64,000 nt of DNA from Parcubacteria group bacterium (lineage in GTDB: Bacteria; Patescibacteriota; Minisyncoccia; Moranbacterales; UBA11712). Positions within the stretch are counted from its first letter, which is position 1, and each line of letters starts with the position of its first letter. The position numbers were made by a program, and so were the translations under genes. Below the pieces are notes generated by a model. The model was not told where the DNA came from. It saw only the letters and a program-made list of their open reading frames with translations, and searched no databases. This document shows, in pieces, positions 56,240-64,000 of this stretch. Location: contig JBAZYY010000007.1 in the NCBI GenBank assembly GCA_041659065.1, positions 863 to 64,862 on the forward strand. Reading direction: 5' to 3'.

Positions 56240-57445
56240 ATGGAAAATTTCAGTAAAATAAAAATCGTTATCGTCTTTACGGTTTTGATAAATGTCATTG
56301 GGGCGGGTATTGTCATTCCAGTGCTCCCATATTATGTTGAGTCATTCGGCGCGACTCCGTTTCAAGTGACTTTGCTTTTTGCTGTGTTCGCCTTGTGCTC
56401 ATTTTTCAGCAGTCCATTTCTGGGCGCCCTATCCGACAAAATTGGCCGCCGGCCTGTTCTTATCGCGAGCATCATCAGCACTTTTTTTGGCTGGCTGGTC
56501 TTTGCTCTCGCCGGCAACATTATATTTTTGTTCATCGGTCGCATCATTGATGGATTGGCCGCCGGGAATATATCCATTGCTCAAAGCTCCTTGGTTGACA
56601 TATCCCGCAATTCCAAAGAGCGGACGCAAAACTTGGGGCTGATCGGAGCGGCCTTTGGAATAGGACTAGTCATCGGGCCCCTTATCGGCGGGCTGTTAAG
56701 CTCTTTTTCTCCGGCAGTGCCGTTTTGGTTTGCGACAGCGCTGGCGTTCATTGACGTCATCGTGGCCTTTATTTTTTTGAACGAAACTATACCGGAGAAA
56801 AAACATAAAGCCAGAATCGAATGGAATCCCTTTTCTCCGTTGAGACGGGCCGCGGCCAACAAGCGGCTTATCCCCAATTTCATTGCTTGGTTTTTTTTCA
56901 CGATGGCATTCGCTTCAACTCAAGCTATTTTCGCGCTCTATATTGATCGGGTCTTTGGCTTGGGGGCGCTGGCGGCGGGAATATTTTTTGCGGGTACCGG
57001 TTTGATCGTAGCCTTTAATCAGATAGTAGCGCTCAAGCATTTTTGGCTAAAATACTTCAGCGAACCGGGAATAGAGTTTTGGATGATCCTCGTAACTGGG
57101 GCAGGTTTTTTGATTATGGGCATTAAGTTTCTGTTTATTTTCTCGATTGGGATGCTAATAATAGCCTTTGGCCAGTCAATTTTGCGGGTGGTGATGACGA
57201 GCCAAATTGTCGGGAATACCCGGCAGGATTCGCGCGGTGAAATTATCGGGATTACTTCCTCCATCCAATGGCTCGGAATGACGATTGCTCCGATCATCGC
57301 GGGCGCGATTTTCACTTCCCAAAATAATTTTCCGTTCATTTTGAGCGGGGTCTATATGCTGATTGCTTTTGTTATTATTCTTGGAAGCCGGCGCCGGATG
57401 GCGAAAGTTGAATATATTCCCGAGACTCCAATGACGAGCGTATAA
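56240..57445 (+). CDS. MFS transporter
   Basis: 12 TM helices. GALSDKIGRRPVL MFS loop motif. 401 aa. Confidence 0.8.
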   Translation: MENFSKIKIVIVFTVLINVIGAGIVIPVLPYYVESFGATPFQVTLLFAVFALCSFFSSPFLGALSDKIGRRPVLIASIISTFFGWLVFALAGNIIFLFIGRIIDGLAAGNISIAQSSLVDISRNSKERTQNLGLIGAAFGIGLVIGPLIGGLLSSFSPAVPFWFATALAFIDVIVAFIFLNETIPEKKHKARIEWNPFSPLRRAAANKRLIPNFIAWFFFTMAFASTQAIFALYIDRVFGLGALAAGIFFAGTGLIVAFNQIVALKHFWLKYFSEPGIEFWMILVTGAGFLIMGIKFLFIFSIGMLIIAFGQSILRVVMTSQIVGNTRQDSRGEIIGITSSIQWLGMTIAPIIAGAIFTSQNNFPFILSGVYMLIAFVIILGSRRRMAKVEYIPETPMTSV

Positions 57446-57511
57446 ATAAAAAACCGATCGGGTGGAGCGGAAATAGTATCGATTGAGAAGAAATAAAATC
57501 GAAAGTTTTTT

Positions 57512-58381
57512 TTAGTATTTTTTCTGGTAAACTGGAACATCCAGTCTTTCAAGCACCGGCGCGAGTTCCATCGTGAGAATCTTGGCCAGATCAAACATTG
57601 AATACAAATCTTCTTTCGTGCTGATAACGCTCGAGGAATAAATATAGAGATGGTCTCCGGTAAACTCGAGATCAAACTTCTTTGATTTGTCGATGAGCTT
57701 GGCCATAACATCGGGCGCGAAAATCTGCAGAGCCTCGATTGCATATCCGCGGGGGACATAGAGGGTAAAATATTTGTTAAAATCTCCCTCGAGGGAAATA
57801 ATCTCTTCGCCTTGAAGCTTGGGAGAAGGGCCATTGGTAAAAATGTTGCGATGGTGCGCGTCCAAAAATATTCTGGGCAGATTGCATTTATAATGAATTT
57901 CACAAACTGTGAAACTTATGGTCTGCTTATTTTTTCCATATCCCTTCTTGCAGCTGAAAGTAAAAAACTTTACGGGAAGCCCTAGGTATTCTCCGCTGAC
58001 AACATCCTCGACGGTGCGGTCATATCCAATGTCGAGATAAGGCGCCGGATAAAAAGCAATCGAATCCCACCGTTGATAAGAAAAATTATTAGTCTTGGCG
58101 AACTGCTGCATAAAAGCGTGGCGGATATTTTTTTGGATGAAGCCATAAGCTAGAAAAAAGAGGCCAATAGGAATAAACATCAGATTATAGACCCTAAAGG
58201 CCAGGGAAAACCAAGCGAAAACCAAGACAACAACGAGAAAGAAAATAGCAAGAGCCAGATAATTTTTGCGGATGTATAAAAGCGCGCTTTGATTCACGCT
58301 CTCAATATCCTCGTCAATGATAGGAATATCCGTATTATTTACAACAAATGATGAATCGAGTTCATAATCACTTATGGTCAT
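57512..58381 (-). CDS. hypothetical membrane protein (two N-terminal TM helices), possibly DUF3137-like
   Basis: ORF only, 289 aa. Confidence 0.4.
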   Translation of the reverse strand: MTISDYELDSSFVVNNTDIPIIDEDIESVNQSALLYIRKNYLALAIFFLVVVLVFAWFSLAFRVYNLMFIPIGLFFLAYGFIQKNIRHAFMQQFAKTNNFSYQRWDSIAFYPAPYLDIGYDRTVEDVVSGEYLGLPVKFFTFSCKKGYGKNKQTISFTVCEIHYKCNLPRIFLDAHHRNIFTNGPSPKLQGEEIISLEGDFNKYFTLYVPRGYAIEALQIFAPDVMAKLIDKSKKFDLEFTGDHLYIYSSSVISTKEDLYSMFDLAKILTMELAPVLERLDVPVYQKKY

Positions 58382-58498
58382 AAGAAGTATTTAAGTAGTT
58401 AGCTTTGCAGGATTAGCTATCAATATTTTACCATTCTAATCCAGAATAAACCACTTATAATAGCAAATTAGCATTCTTTAGCGAGAATAAATCTCATC

Positions 58499-59233
58499 TC
58501 AAATTTTTTTCAATTCATCATTCAAAAAAATTAATGTTTCTCGCTTGATTACTTTTCTGATCTGCTGAAATTTATCAGGTGCCATCAATAGATTCAAATC
58601 CTGCGTGATTATTTTTTCCGTGAACTTTTTTTCGATGAAACCGGTCAATTTTTTCAGATATGATTTGACCGAAGTTTTTCTTCTCTCTTCGATAACCGCC
58701 GAATTATAGTTATATCCCTGAAGAAAAAAATGATGAATGTCGTAGAGATCGCGCCCTGCCAGCGAATCCTTTTTCTCCCAGCGGTCAATGATTGCCACCA
58801 GCTTGTTGGCGAACATTGTTTCAATGGTCTGACAAATAATGATCCGGTCGATTTCGACGAATCTCGCGGCTTTATAAACATTCGATTTTGGCGGAGGAAA
58901 AGTTGTATCGATTTTCAACGTATTTCGCCCGCCTGCCGGAACCGGATATTTCAAAAAATATTGGGGAACAATCTGGCTTTTGTCTTTGATCTCCAAGCCC
59001 AATCCGGAAAATATTTTTTCCATACGCCGCCTGACATTTTTCAATTCTTTTTTCGATCCGACATAGTCAAAATCAAGGTCAACCGAAAAACGGTCAAGCC
59101 AACCAAGCATTGCCGCGCAAGTCCCGCCTTTGAAGCGCAGAGTTGCGGCAACCACGGGATCGTCATACAACTCGGCCAGCAGGCGATACAACCAGGCCTT
59201 ATGCACTGCGTCTTTTGGACTTGGAATAATCAT
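58499..59233 (-). CDS. AbiEii/AbiGii-family nucleotidyltransferase toxin (type IV TA / abortive infection)
   Basis: FKGGTCAAMLGWLDRFSVDLDFDY matches the FKGGTAL...S.D.DF signature of DUF1814/AbiEii. Confidence 0.7.
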   Translation of the reverse strand: MIIPSPKDAVHKAWLYRLLAELYDDPVVAATLRFKGGTCAAMLGWLDRFSVDLDFDYVGSKKELKNVRRRMEKIFSGLGLEIKDKSQIVPQYFLKYPVPAGGRNTLKIDTTFPPPKSNVYKAARFVEIDRIIICQTIETMFANKLVAIIDRWEKKDSLAGRDLYDIHHFFLQGYNYNSAVIEERRKTSVKSYLKKLTGFIEKKFTEKIITQDLNLLMAPDKFQQIRKVIKRETLIFLNDELKKI

Positions 59234-59807
59234 AATATTTTGGTGTTAATGGATAACCGATTTCTTTTTGAATTATTTTCACTTTTTTCCAGTCGAGAAG
59301 ATTCGCGCCATCCAGATAGGCGCTGGGATTGAAGTACAGCAGATCAGCGGCGGCTCGCTCCGGCCGCGCTAAAAATACTCCGCCCTTATTTTCGATCCCT
59401 GTTGGATTGAATAAAAATTTATCCGCTAGATGCCGCGACAGATAGGCGTTGCCCCCGGCGGAAAACTTTTTGGATTTGGAGCTTACCAGCGTGATCCAAT
59501 TTATCTTCTGCGCGATCACTCCCGCCTCCATCAAAATCGTTTCTGTGCTCACATAGGCATATTCGTGGAGCGCCTTGACGCCCAAAAAAAGCGGATCAAT
59601 TTCGCCCGCGGGGAAAATGGAATATAACCCCTTATATATCCGAAACAAAAGCCCGCGCTCGGCATAGCGTTTGAGCGTGGTATAAAGGGTATTGTTGTTG
59701 CTGATTCCCCACAAATTGGCCAGATCCCGCGCATGAAAAACGGTTTCTCTCATCCGCGCCAATTGCGCAAACCGCTCCGAAACGTTGTTATTATATCCTG
59801 TACTCAT
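59199..59807 (-). CDS. AbiEi-family antitoxin / transcriptional regulator, cognate partner of the AbiEii gene
   Basis: Overlaps the AbiEii start by 35 nt. N-terminal wHTH-like region FHARDLANLWGISNNNTLYTTLKRYAERGLL. Confidence 0.6.
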   Translation of the reverse strand: MSTGYNNNVSERFAQLARMRETVFHARDLANLWGISNNNTLYTTLKRYAERGLLFRIYKGLYSIFPAGEIDPLFLGVKALHEYAYVSTETILMEAGVIAQKINWITLVSSKSKKFSAGGNAYLSRHLADKFLFNPTGIENKGGVFLARPERAAADLLYFNPSAYLDGANLLDWKKVKIIQKEIGYPLTPKYYDYSKSKRRSA

Positions 59808-59901
59808 ATGTACAGTATAATATATTGTGAAAATTGTGTCAAACTATAAAAAAGGCCAGCTCCAATATAAATGAGCAGGCCTTAGATATCTTGAATGAAT
59901 C

Positions 59902-60618
59902 TTAGCTTTTCCTTGCAGTCAGCAGCATTTCCAAATGATGGCGATGGCTGGTTGCCACATCAGTAAAGCCAATGCGTTTCATGAGCTCGACAGATTCGTG
60001 TTCTCTCATAATAATTTCCGGACGGTTATCTATTTTGTAATGTTCAATCCAGCCATTTCTAGCATCGTTATCCGGCGCTTTTTCAAATTGCGCCATTTGC
60101 CACAAATATTCTTTTTGGTATTCTTTTCTATTGTCTGGAACATATTTATCAGCGTTTATAAAGAATCCGCCTGGTTTCAGAATTCGACAAATTTCTCGAA
60201 GCATTTTTTCGCGGTAACTGCGATCAAAGTTGTGAATCGTCAAGGCGCTTGCCAAACAATCGGCACTTTGCCTCTTTACGTTTTTCAGATATTTCAGAGC
60301 ATCTTTTTGAATTATTTCAGTTCGACCGCATCGGATATATTCCGCCAAGTTTTTTTTGGCTTCCCTAACCATTTTGGGTTCATTATCAACACTTTCGAGA
60401 TGAATCCTGCGATCAATATCTAAAATTATTTTAGAGGTCAATCCGGCGCCGGTTCCAATTTCGATAATATTGATATTTTGACCGGTAAATTTCCTAAAAT
60501 ATTTTTTTAGCGTTATGCCAATCAGCTTTTCCAGCTTTCTTTGATGAGGGGCATAAGTATGAATTGATGCCAACTTTTTACCCGAGAGCGATTTGTTAAA
60601 ACGCTTATTGATATTCAT
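59902..60618 (-). CDS. class I SAM-dependent methyltransferase
   Basis: IIEIGTGAGLTS motif I. Confidence 0.65.
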   Translation of the reverse strand: MNINKRFNKSLSGKKLASIHTYAPHQRKLEKLIGITLKKYFRKFTGQNINIIEIGTGAGLTSKIILDIDRRIHLESVDNEPKMVREAKKNLAEYIRCGRTEIIQKDALKYLKNVKRQSADCLASALTIHNFDRSYREKMLREICRILKPGGFFINADKYVPDNRKEYQKEYLWQMAQFEKAPDNDARNGWIEHYKIDNRPEIIMREHESVELMKRIGFTDVATSHRHHLEMLLTARKS

Positions 60619-60663
60619 ATACTTCTCTTGGATTAATTAAAAAAACCTGCTGCAACATATTAT

Positions 60664-61845
60664 TTAAATCACCACTTTCTCTCCATGCTCCCAAAGGATG
60701 TTGAAATAATTCGTATATCCTTTTACGACCTTCTTATTTCTTATCTCGATTATCGTCGGTTCCTTGTCGAAAATAAGCAAAAGCACTGTGTCGCCATAGA
60801 TATTTACATTGGAGGGCACTTCAGTTTTTACATCGAATATGCGATATTCGGTCAGCTCGGGATCTTCAAGCAAATTTTTCTTTTCGGATTCAACCAGTTC
60901 GTATAAAGTCATCTTTAACTTGATTTTTTTCTCGCGCCTGATCCTGCTCCACTCCTCATGCGCGCCTGCCATATGTTTCCACCAATCTTCTTTGGCCGCG
61001 CCCAAAACCAAATATTCTCCTCCGGGCTTTATCCTTTTCATGAAACCAATATTGAACGCCTTGAAGTTTTCAACTCCCTCATAAACATTGATCTCCTGGG
61101 AATGCGCTTTGAGATCACTCAAAAAATCGCGAATTTTTTTGTTCTTTGATTCATAAATCAGTTTGTTTGGACTGCCTTCTTCAACTATTTTGCCATTATC
61201 CATAAAAATTATCTCATCGGCAATTTCATTGGCAAACTCTATGTGATGGGTGACTATCACCATTGTTTGACCTTCATAGGCCAGCCTTTTTAGGAGCTTC
61301 AAAATTCCGCTGACAAGTTCCGGATCAAGCGATGACGTGATTTCGTCAAATAGGATTATTTCCGGTTCCATAGCCAGAGTTCTTGCAATGGCCGCCCGTT
61401 GCCTTTGGCCGCCGGACAAAAAATCAGGATAGGCATCTTTTTTGTTTTCAAGATCGACTTTTTGAAGCATCTCGAGAGCCTTTATTTCAGCTTCCGGTTT
61501 TGGAATTTTTTTGACCAGCATCAGAGGCTCGACAATGTTTTCAAAAACTGATTTATGAGGCCATAGGTTGAAATCTTGAAATACAATTCCTATATTTTTT
61601 CTCGCCTTTGTCTTTTCATGCTCTTGGGACGATGGAAAGATCTCCGTGTTGCCATGATAAATGATTTTCCCCTCGTCAAAGTTTTCAAGCAAAGCCAGGC
61701 ATCGCAGAAGCGTAGTTTTGCCGGAACCGCTGGGTCCGATCACGCACTTTATTTCTCCCTTTCCAATCTCAAAGCTAACCCCGTTCAGTACCGGGAGAGA
61801 TTTATATTTTTTTCGCAGATTGAAAATTTTGATAATCGGTTTCAT
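60664..61845 (-). CDS. polar amino-acid ABC transporter ATP-binding protein fused to a C-terminal domain resembling the TrmB C-terminal domain
   Basis: Walker A GPSGSGKTT, signature LSGGQRQR, Walker B ILFDE. The C-terminal ~150 aa aligns by eye with the C-termini of the four TrmB paralogs (compared in the findings). Confidence 0.7.
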   Translation of the reverse strand: MKPIIKIFNLRKKYKSLPVLNGVSFEIGKGEIKCVIGPSGSGKTTLLRCLALLENFDEGKIIYHGNTEIFPSSQEHEKTKARKNIGIVFQDFNLWPHKSVFENIVEPLMLVKKIPKPEAEIKALEMLQKVDLENKKDAYPDFLSGGQRQRAAIARTLAMEPEIILFDEITSSLDPELVSGILKLLKRLAYEGQTMVIVTHHIEFANEIADEIIFMDNGKIVEEGSPNKLIYESKNKKIRDFLSDLKAHSQEINVYEGVENFKAFNIGFMKRIKPGGEYLVLGAAKEDWWKHMAGAHEEWSRIRREKKIKLKMTLYELVESEKKNLLEDPELTEYRIFDVKTEVPSNVNIYGDTVLLLIFDKEPTIIEIRNKKVVKGYTNYFNILWEHGEKVVI

Positions 61846-62513
61846 GTGGATTTTCTTTCAAAACTTAATTTTTTTTCAATCAGGTATGAGATACCGACGA
61901 AAGGCATTATTATCAGAAGATACATAATAGCAACTATGGTATACACCTCAAGAGGTCGATAGGTTTGGCTGATAATGATAGTTCCCATATGGAGAATTTC
62001 ATTCACTGCGATTACCGAAGCCAGAGAGGACAATTTTATCTGATTGATATAGAGATTCATTAGGTTTGGCAGTATTCTTTGAAAGACTTGGGGAAGAATG
62101 ATTTTCCGCATCGTCATCATTTTGCTGTATCCAAGCGTGATGGCGGATTCCGCCTGCCCTTTGGGAATAGATTCGATTCCGGCGCGAATTGTTTCCGCGA
62201 TATAGGCGGCAAGATTCAAAGAAAGCCCGATGAACGCGACCAAAAAGCCGGACATGACAACATTCACGCTGGGCAGAACATAATAGAGCCAAATCAAAAC
62301 AACCAGCAACGGAATTTGCCGGAACAATTCTATGATCGCAACAGCTGGAAAGCTTATCAGCGGATGTTTTGTCCCGCGGAGAAGCGCCAGCAGAAGACCA
62401 AGCAGAGTGCCTGCGAGAAGGACAAGGGCGCAAAGTTCAATCGTCACCCAAGCCCCTCTCAACAGAGCAACTTTATGAATCCAGATTATATTCCAGTGCC
62501 ATTCGTACATCAA
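61842..62513 (-). CDS. polar amino-acid ABC transporter permease
   Basis: EAA-like loop and TM pattern of His/Gln permeases. Start overlaps the SBP gene region. Confidence 0.8.
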   Translation of the reverse strand: MMYEWHWNIIWIHKVALLRGAWVTIELCALVLLAGTLLGLLLALLRGTKHPLISFPAVAIIELFRQIPLLVVLIWLYYVLPSVNVVMSGFLVAFIGLSLNLAAYIAETIRAGIESIPKGQAESAITLGYSKMMTMRKIILPQVFQRILPNLMNLYINQIKLSSLASVIAVNEILHMGTIIISQTYRPLEVYTIVAIMYLLIIMPFVGISYLIEKKLSFERKST

Positions 62514-62528
62514 TCCAGAATTAGCTTA

Positions 62529-63395
62529 TTATTGTCCGCTAGTCATAAACTGATCTTTCTTATACATAACCGCGGCGTCGTATTTCTTTTCGAACTGCCT
62601 TGTGATTCCCTTGAGCTCCATCACAGAAAAAGCGTTGTTCAAAAAATTTAGGAATTTCAAATCATCCTGACGTACTGCATAGGCAGCCGGATTCAGACTG
62701 AAGGGATCGTTGGCGAATACATTTCTAACTTCGGGATGTTTCTTGCTCCAATCTTCTCCCACTGGACTTGAAACTATCCCAACGTCGGCTCTTTTGGTTG
62801 AAACTGCTGTCAGAAAATTAGAAGTGTCGCCTGCCTCCACATCAACCACTTCAATCTTGGCATTTTTGAAATTATCTTTTACAAAAAGATGCCCGGATTC
62901 TCCATTTGCCACGATGACTGTGTATTCAGGCTTGTCGAATTCCATCACGTCTTTGACGTTGGCAAATCGGCCGTCATTTGCGTTCACAAGCGCAGTATTT
63001 CCTTCAAAATTAAGAGGATCAGTGAATGCTATTTCATAGGCTCTCGGAACAAGATTATAATAATAAAGAGTCATATCGCATTTTCCAGTGACCAAGTCAG
63101 CAACCAGATTCCCCCATGTACTTTCGACAAAATCGACCTTGGCATTGATTTGATTGGCAATATATTCAACTGCGTCAACGGAATGTCCGGAAAGTTTTCC
63201 CGTTTCGGGATCCTTGATGATCGAAGTCGCAAACGGAACATAGCAGGCCGAAAAAGAGCCCGTTTTTTTGATTTTTTCCAAAGTGTCGACCTTGGCACTT
63301 TGCGGAGCGTTTGCTTTTTGCACTTTTGCCATACTCACGACTGCAATAACAATCGCGATGGCGGCGACTGTCATTGTGACGTAGTCCCTACGCAT
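62529..63395 (-). CDS. amino-acid ABC transporter substrate-binding protein (family 3), with signal peptide/lipobox-like N-terminus
   Basis: N-terminal hydrophobic segment. SBP_bac_3-like body. Confidence 0.7.
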   Translation of the reverse strand: MRRDYVTMTVAAIAIVIAVVSMAKVQKANAPQSAKVDTLEKIKKTGSFSACYVPFATSIIKDPETGKLSGHSVDAVEYIANQINAKVDFVESTWGNLVADLVTGKCDMTLYYYNLVPRAYEIAFTDPLNFEGNTALVNANDGRFANVKDVMEFDKPEYTVIVANGESGHLFVKDNFKNAKIEVVDVEAGDTSNFLTAVSTKRADVGIVSSPVGEDWSKKHPEVRNVFANDPFSLNPAAYAVRQDDLKFLNFLNNAFSVMELKGITRQFEKKYDAAVMYKKDQFMTSGQ

Positions 63396-63766
63396 GTCTT
63401 TTGTCGATTTGTCGAAGGCTGAAAAGTTTCAGTCCCTGATCAAATCATAAGGTTGATTATAAGCGAGAATATTTCATTATAAATTATTGAATATATTATA
63501 ACACATTCTCGCCTTTCTTGAGCCGGTGAGATAAACCCTCACAAACTCGAGAAAGTGGATGTTGAATATGCCGTTTTTAATAACGCAGAATTAATGGTTA
63601 GCAAAGAATTATAGCCTAAAGAATGAAAGAAATCAATAGATTGCTTGAAAATTTCTAAAAAATGTGATAAAATGTCATTGGGATAGTAAAATATAAAGAA
63701 TAACATCCGTGAAACATAGGGAAATTGGCCAATATGGCATAATTTGGCTTGTATAAAGTTAAAAAA

Positions 63767-63803
63767 CCTCACCCCAGCCCTCTCCTTGAATAAGGAGAGG
63801 GAG
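63767..63803. repeat. R-type palindromic repeat element: cctcacccc-a-gccctctcctt-gaat-aaggagagggag
   Basis: Same family and orientation as 20438..20473. Confidence 0.5.
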
Positions 63804-63835
63804 AAAATAGCTTAAATAAAGCGCCAATCAAAAAA

Positions 63836-63871
63836 CTCCTTCTCCTTTATAAGGAGAAGGTCGGGATGAGG
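63836..63871. repeat. L-type palindromic repeat element: ctccttctccttt-ataa-ggagaaggtcgggatgagg
   Basis: Same family as 20021..20054. Lies 10 nt upstream of the Lrp/AsnC ATG. Forms an R-L junction with 63767..63803, separated by 32 nt. Confidence 0.5.
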
Positions 63872-63880
63872 TCGAAAGAT

Positions 63881-64000
63881 ATGATAAAACTCACCGAACT
63901 CGACAAAAAAATACTATTTGAACTCGACCGCGACGGGCGGGCGAGTTATTCGAAAATTGCGCGAAACATTGGTACGACGCCTCAAGTCGTGAAATATCAT
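63881..64000 (+). CDS. Lrp/AsnC-family transcriptional regulator, N-terminal 40 aa only; continues beyond the window
   Basis: MIKLTELDKKILFELDRDGRASYSKIARNIGTTPQVVKYH is the AsnC-type HTH. Confidence 0.6.
   Translation, partial: MIKLTELDKKILFELDRDGRASYSKIARNIGTTPQVVKYH

Noticed and set aside
1-64000. CRISPR arrays, rRNA genes, integrase/transposase genes, prophage structural genes
   Set aside because: None were seen. No regularly spaced 25-40-bp direct repeats, no rRNA-like conserved blocks, and no recombinase or capsid/terminase-like ORFs. The repeat families present are palindromic or tRNA-derived, not CRISPR-like.

Overview
AT-rich, gene-dense bacterial chromosomal window. Its gene content resembles a small-genome Patescibacteria/CPR-like organism: there are several TrmB-family regulators, many NUDIX hydrolases, short-form IF-2, and an intron-containing tRNA. 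The genetic code is standard, and the long conserved ORFs are intact.

Housekeeping blocks:
- a minus-strand run of nusA, ppa, tig and clpP (4945..8757) with rplS upstream at 3194..3691
- ispD-ispF-ispE, a NUDIX hydrolase, an alpha/beta hydrolase, a MurF-like ligase and ddl (13870..20009)
- riboflavin genes ribH, ribE and a riboflavin kinase (24843..26345)
- infB, rbfA, a DHH phosphoesterase and a family-4 UDG (36587..40492)
- gpmI, rny and hup (42437..46321)
- a polar amino-acid ABC transporter at the 3' end (60664..63395)

Fourteen intact tRNA genes lie in five clusters. The notable non-standard content is:
1. A tRNA-Phe(GAA) interrupted by a ~282-nt group I intron whose conserved P/R/S-like elements are recognisable.
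2. A web of tRNA 5'-end fragments and half-tRNA-like pieces beside intact tRNAs. Two sit next to small GIY-YIG nuclease genes. One looks like a Leu-type tRNA split around an intact tRNA-Leu(GAG).
3. Four paralogous TrmB-family regulators, plus an ABC ATPase whose C-terminal ~150 aa resembles the TrmB C-terminal sensor domain.
4. Two radical-SAM loci, one carrying a SPASM-like Cys-rich tail and a methyltransferase. Each is divergent from a TrmB paralog.
5. A family of ~35-bp imperfect palindromic repeats that bracket a DUF559 endonuclease gene and recur as an element-free junction upstream of an Lrp/AsnC gene.
6. A perfect 44-nt palindrome embedded in frame in the CCA-adding enzyme gene.
7. A cluster of NTP 'house-cleaning' enzymes (three NUDIX, a MazG-like protein, Maf) spanning ~30.3-35.9 kb.
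8. Defence- or toxin-like genes: an AbiEi/AbiEii pair and a RhuM-Fic fusion.

No CRISPR array, rRNA or obvious prophage was seen.
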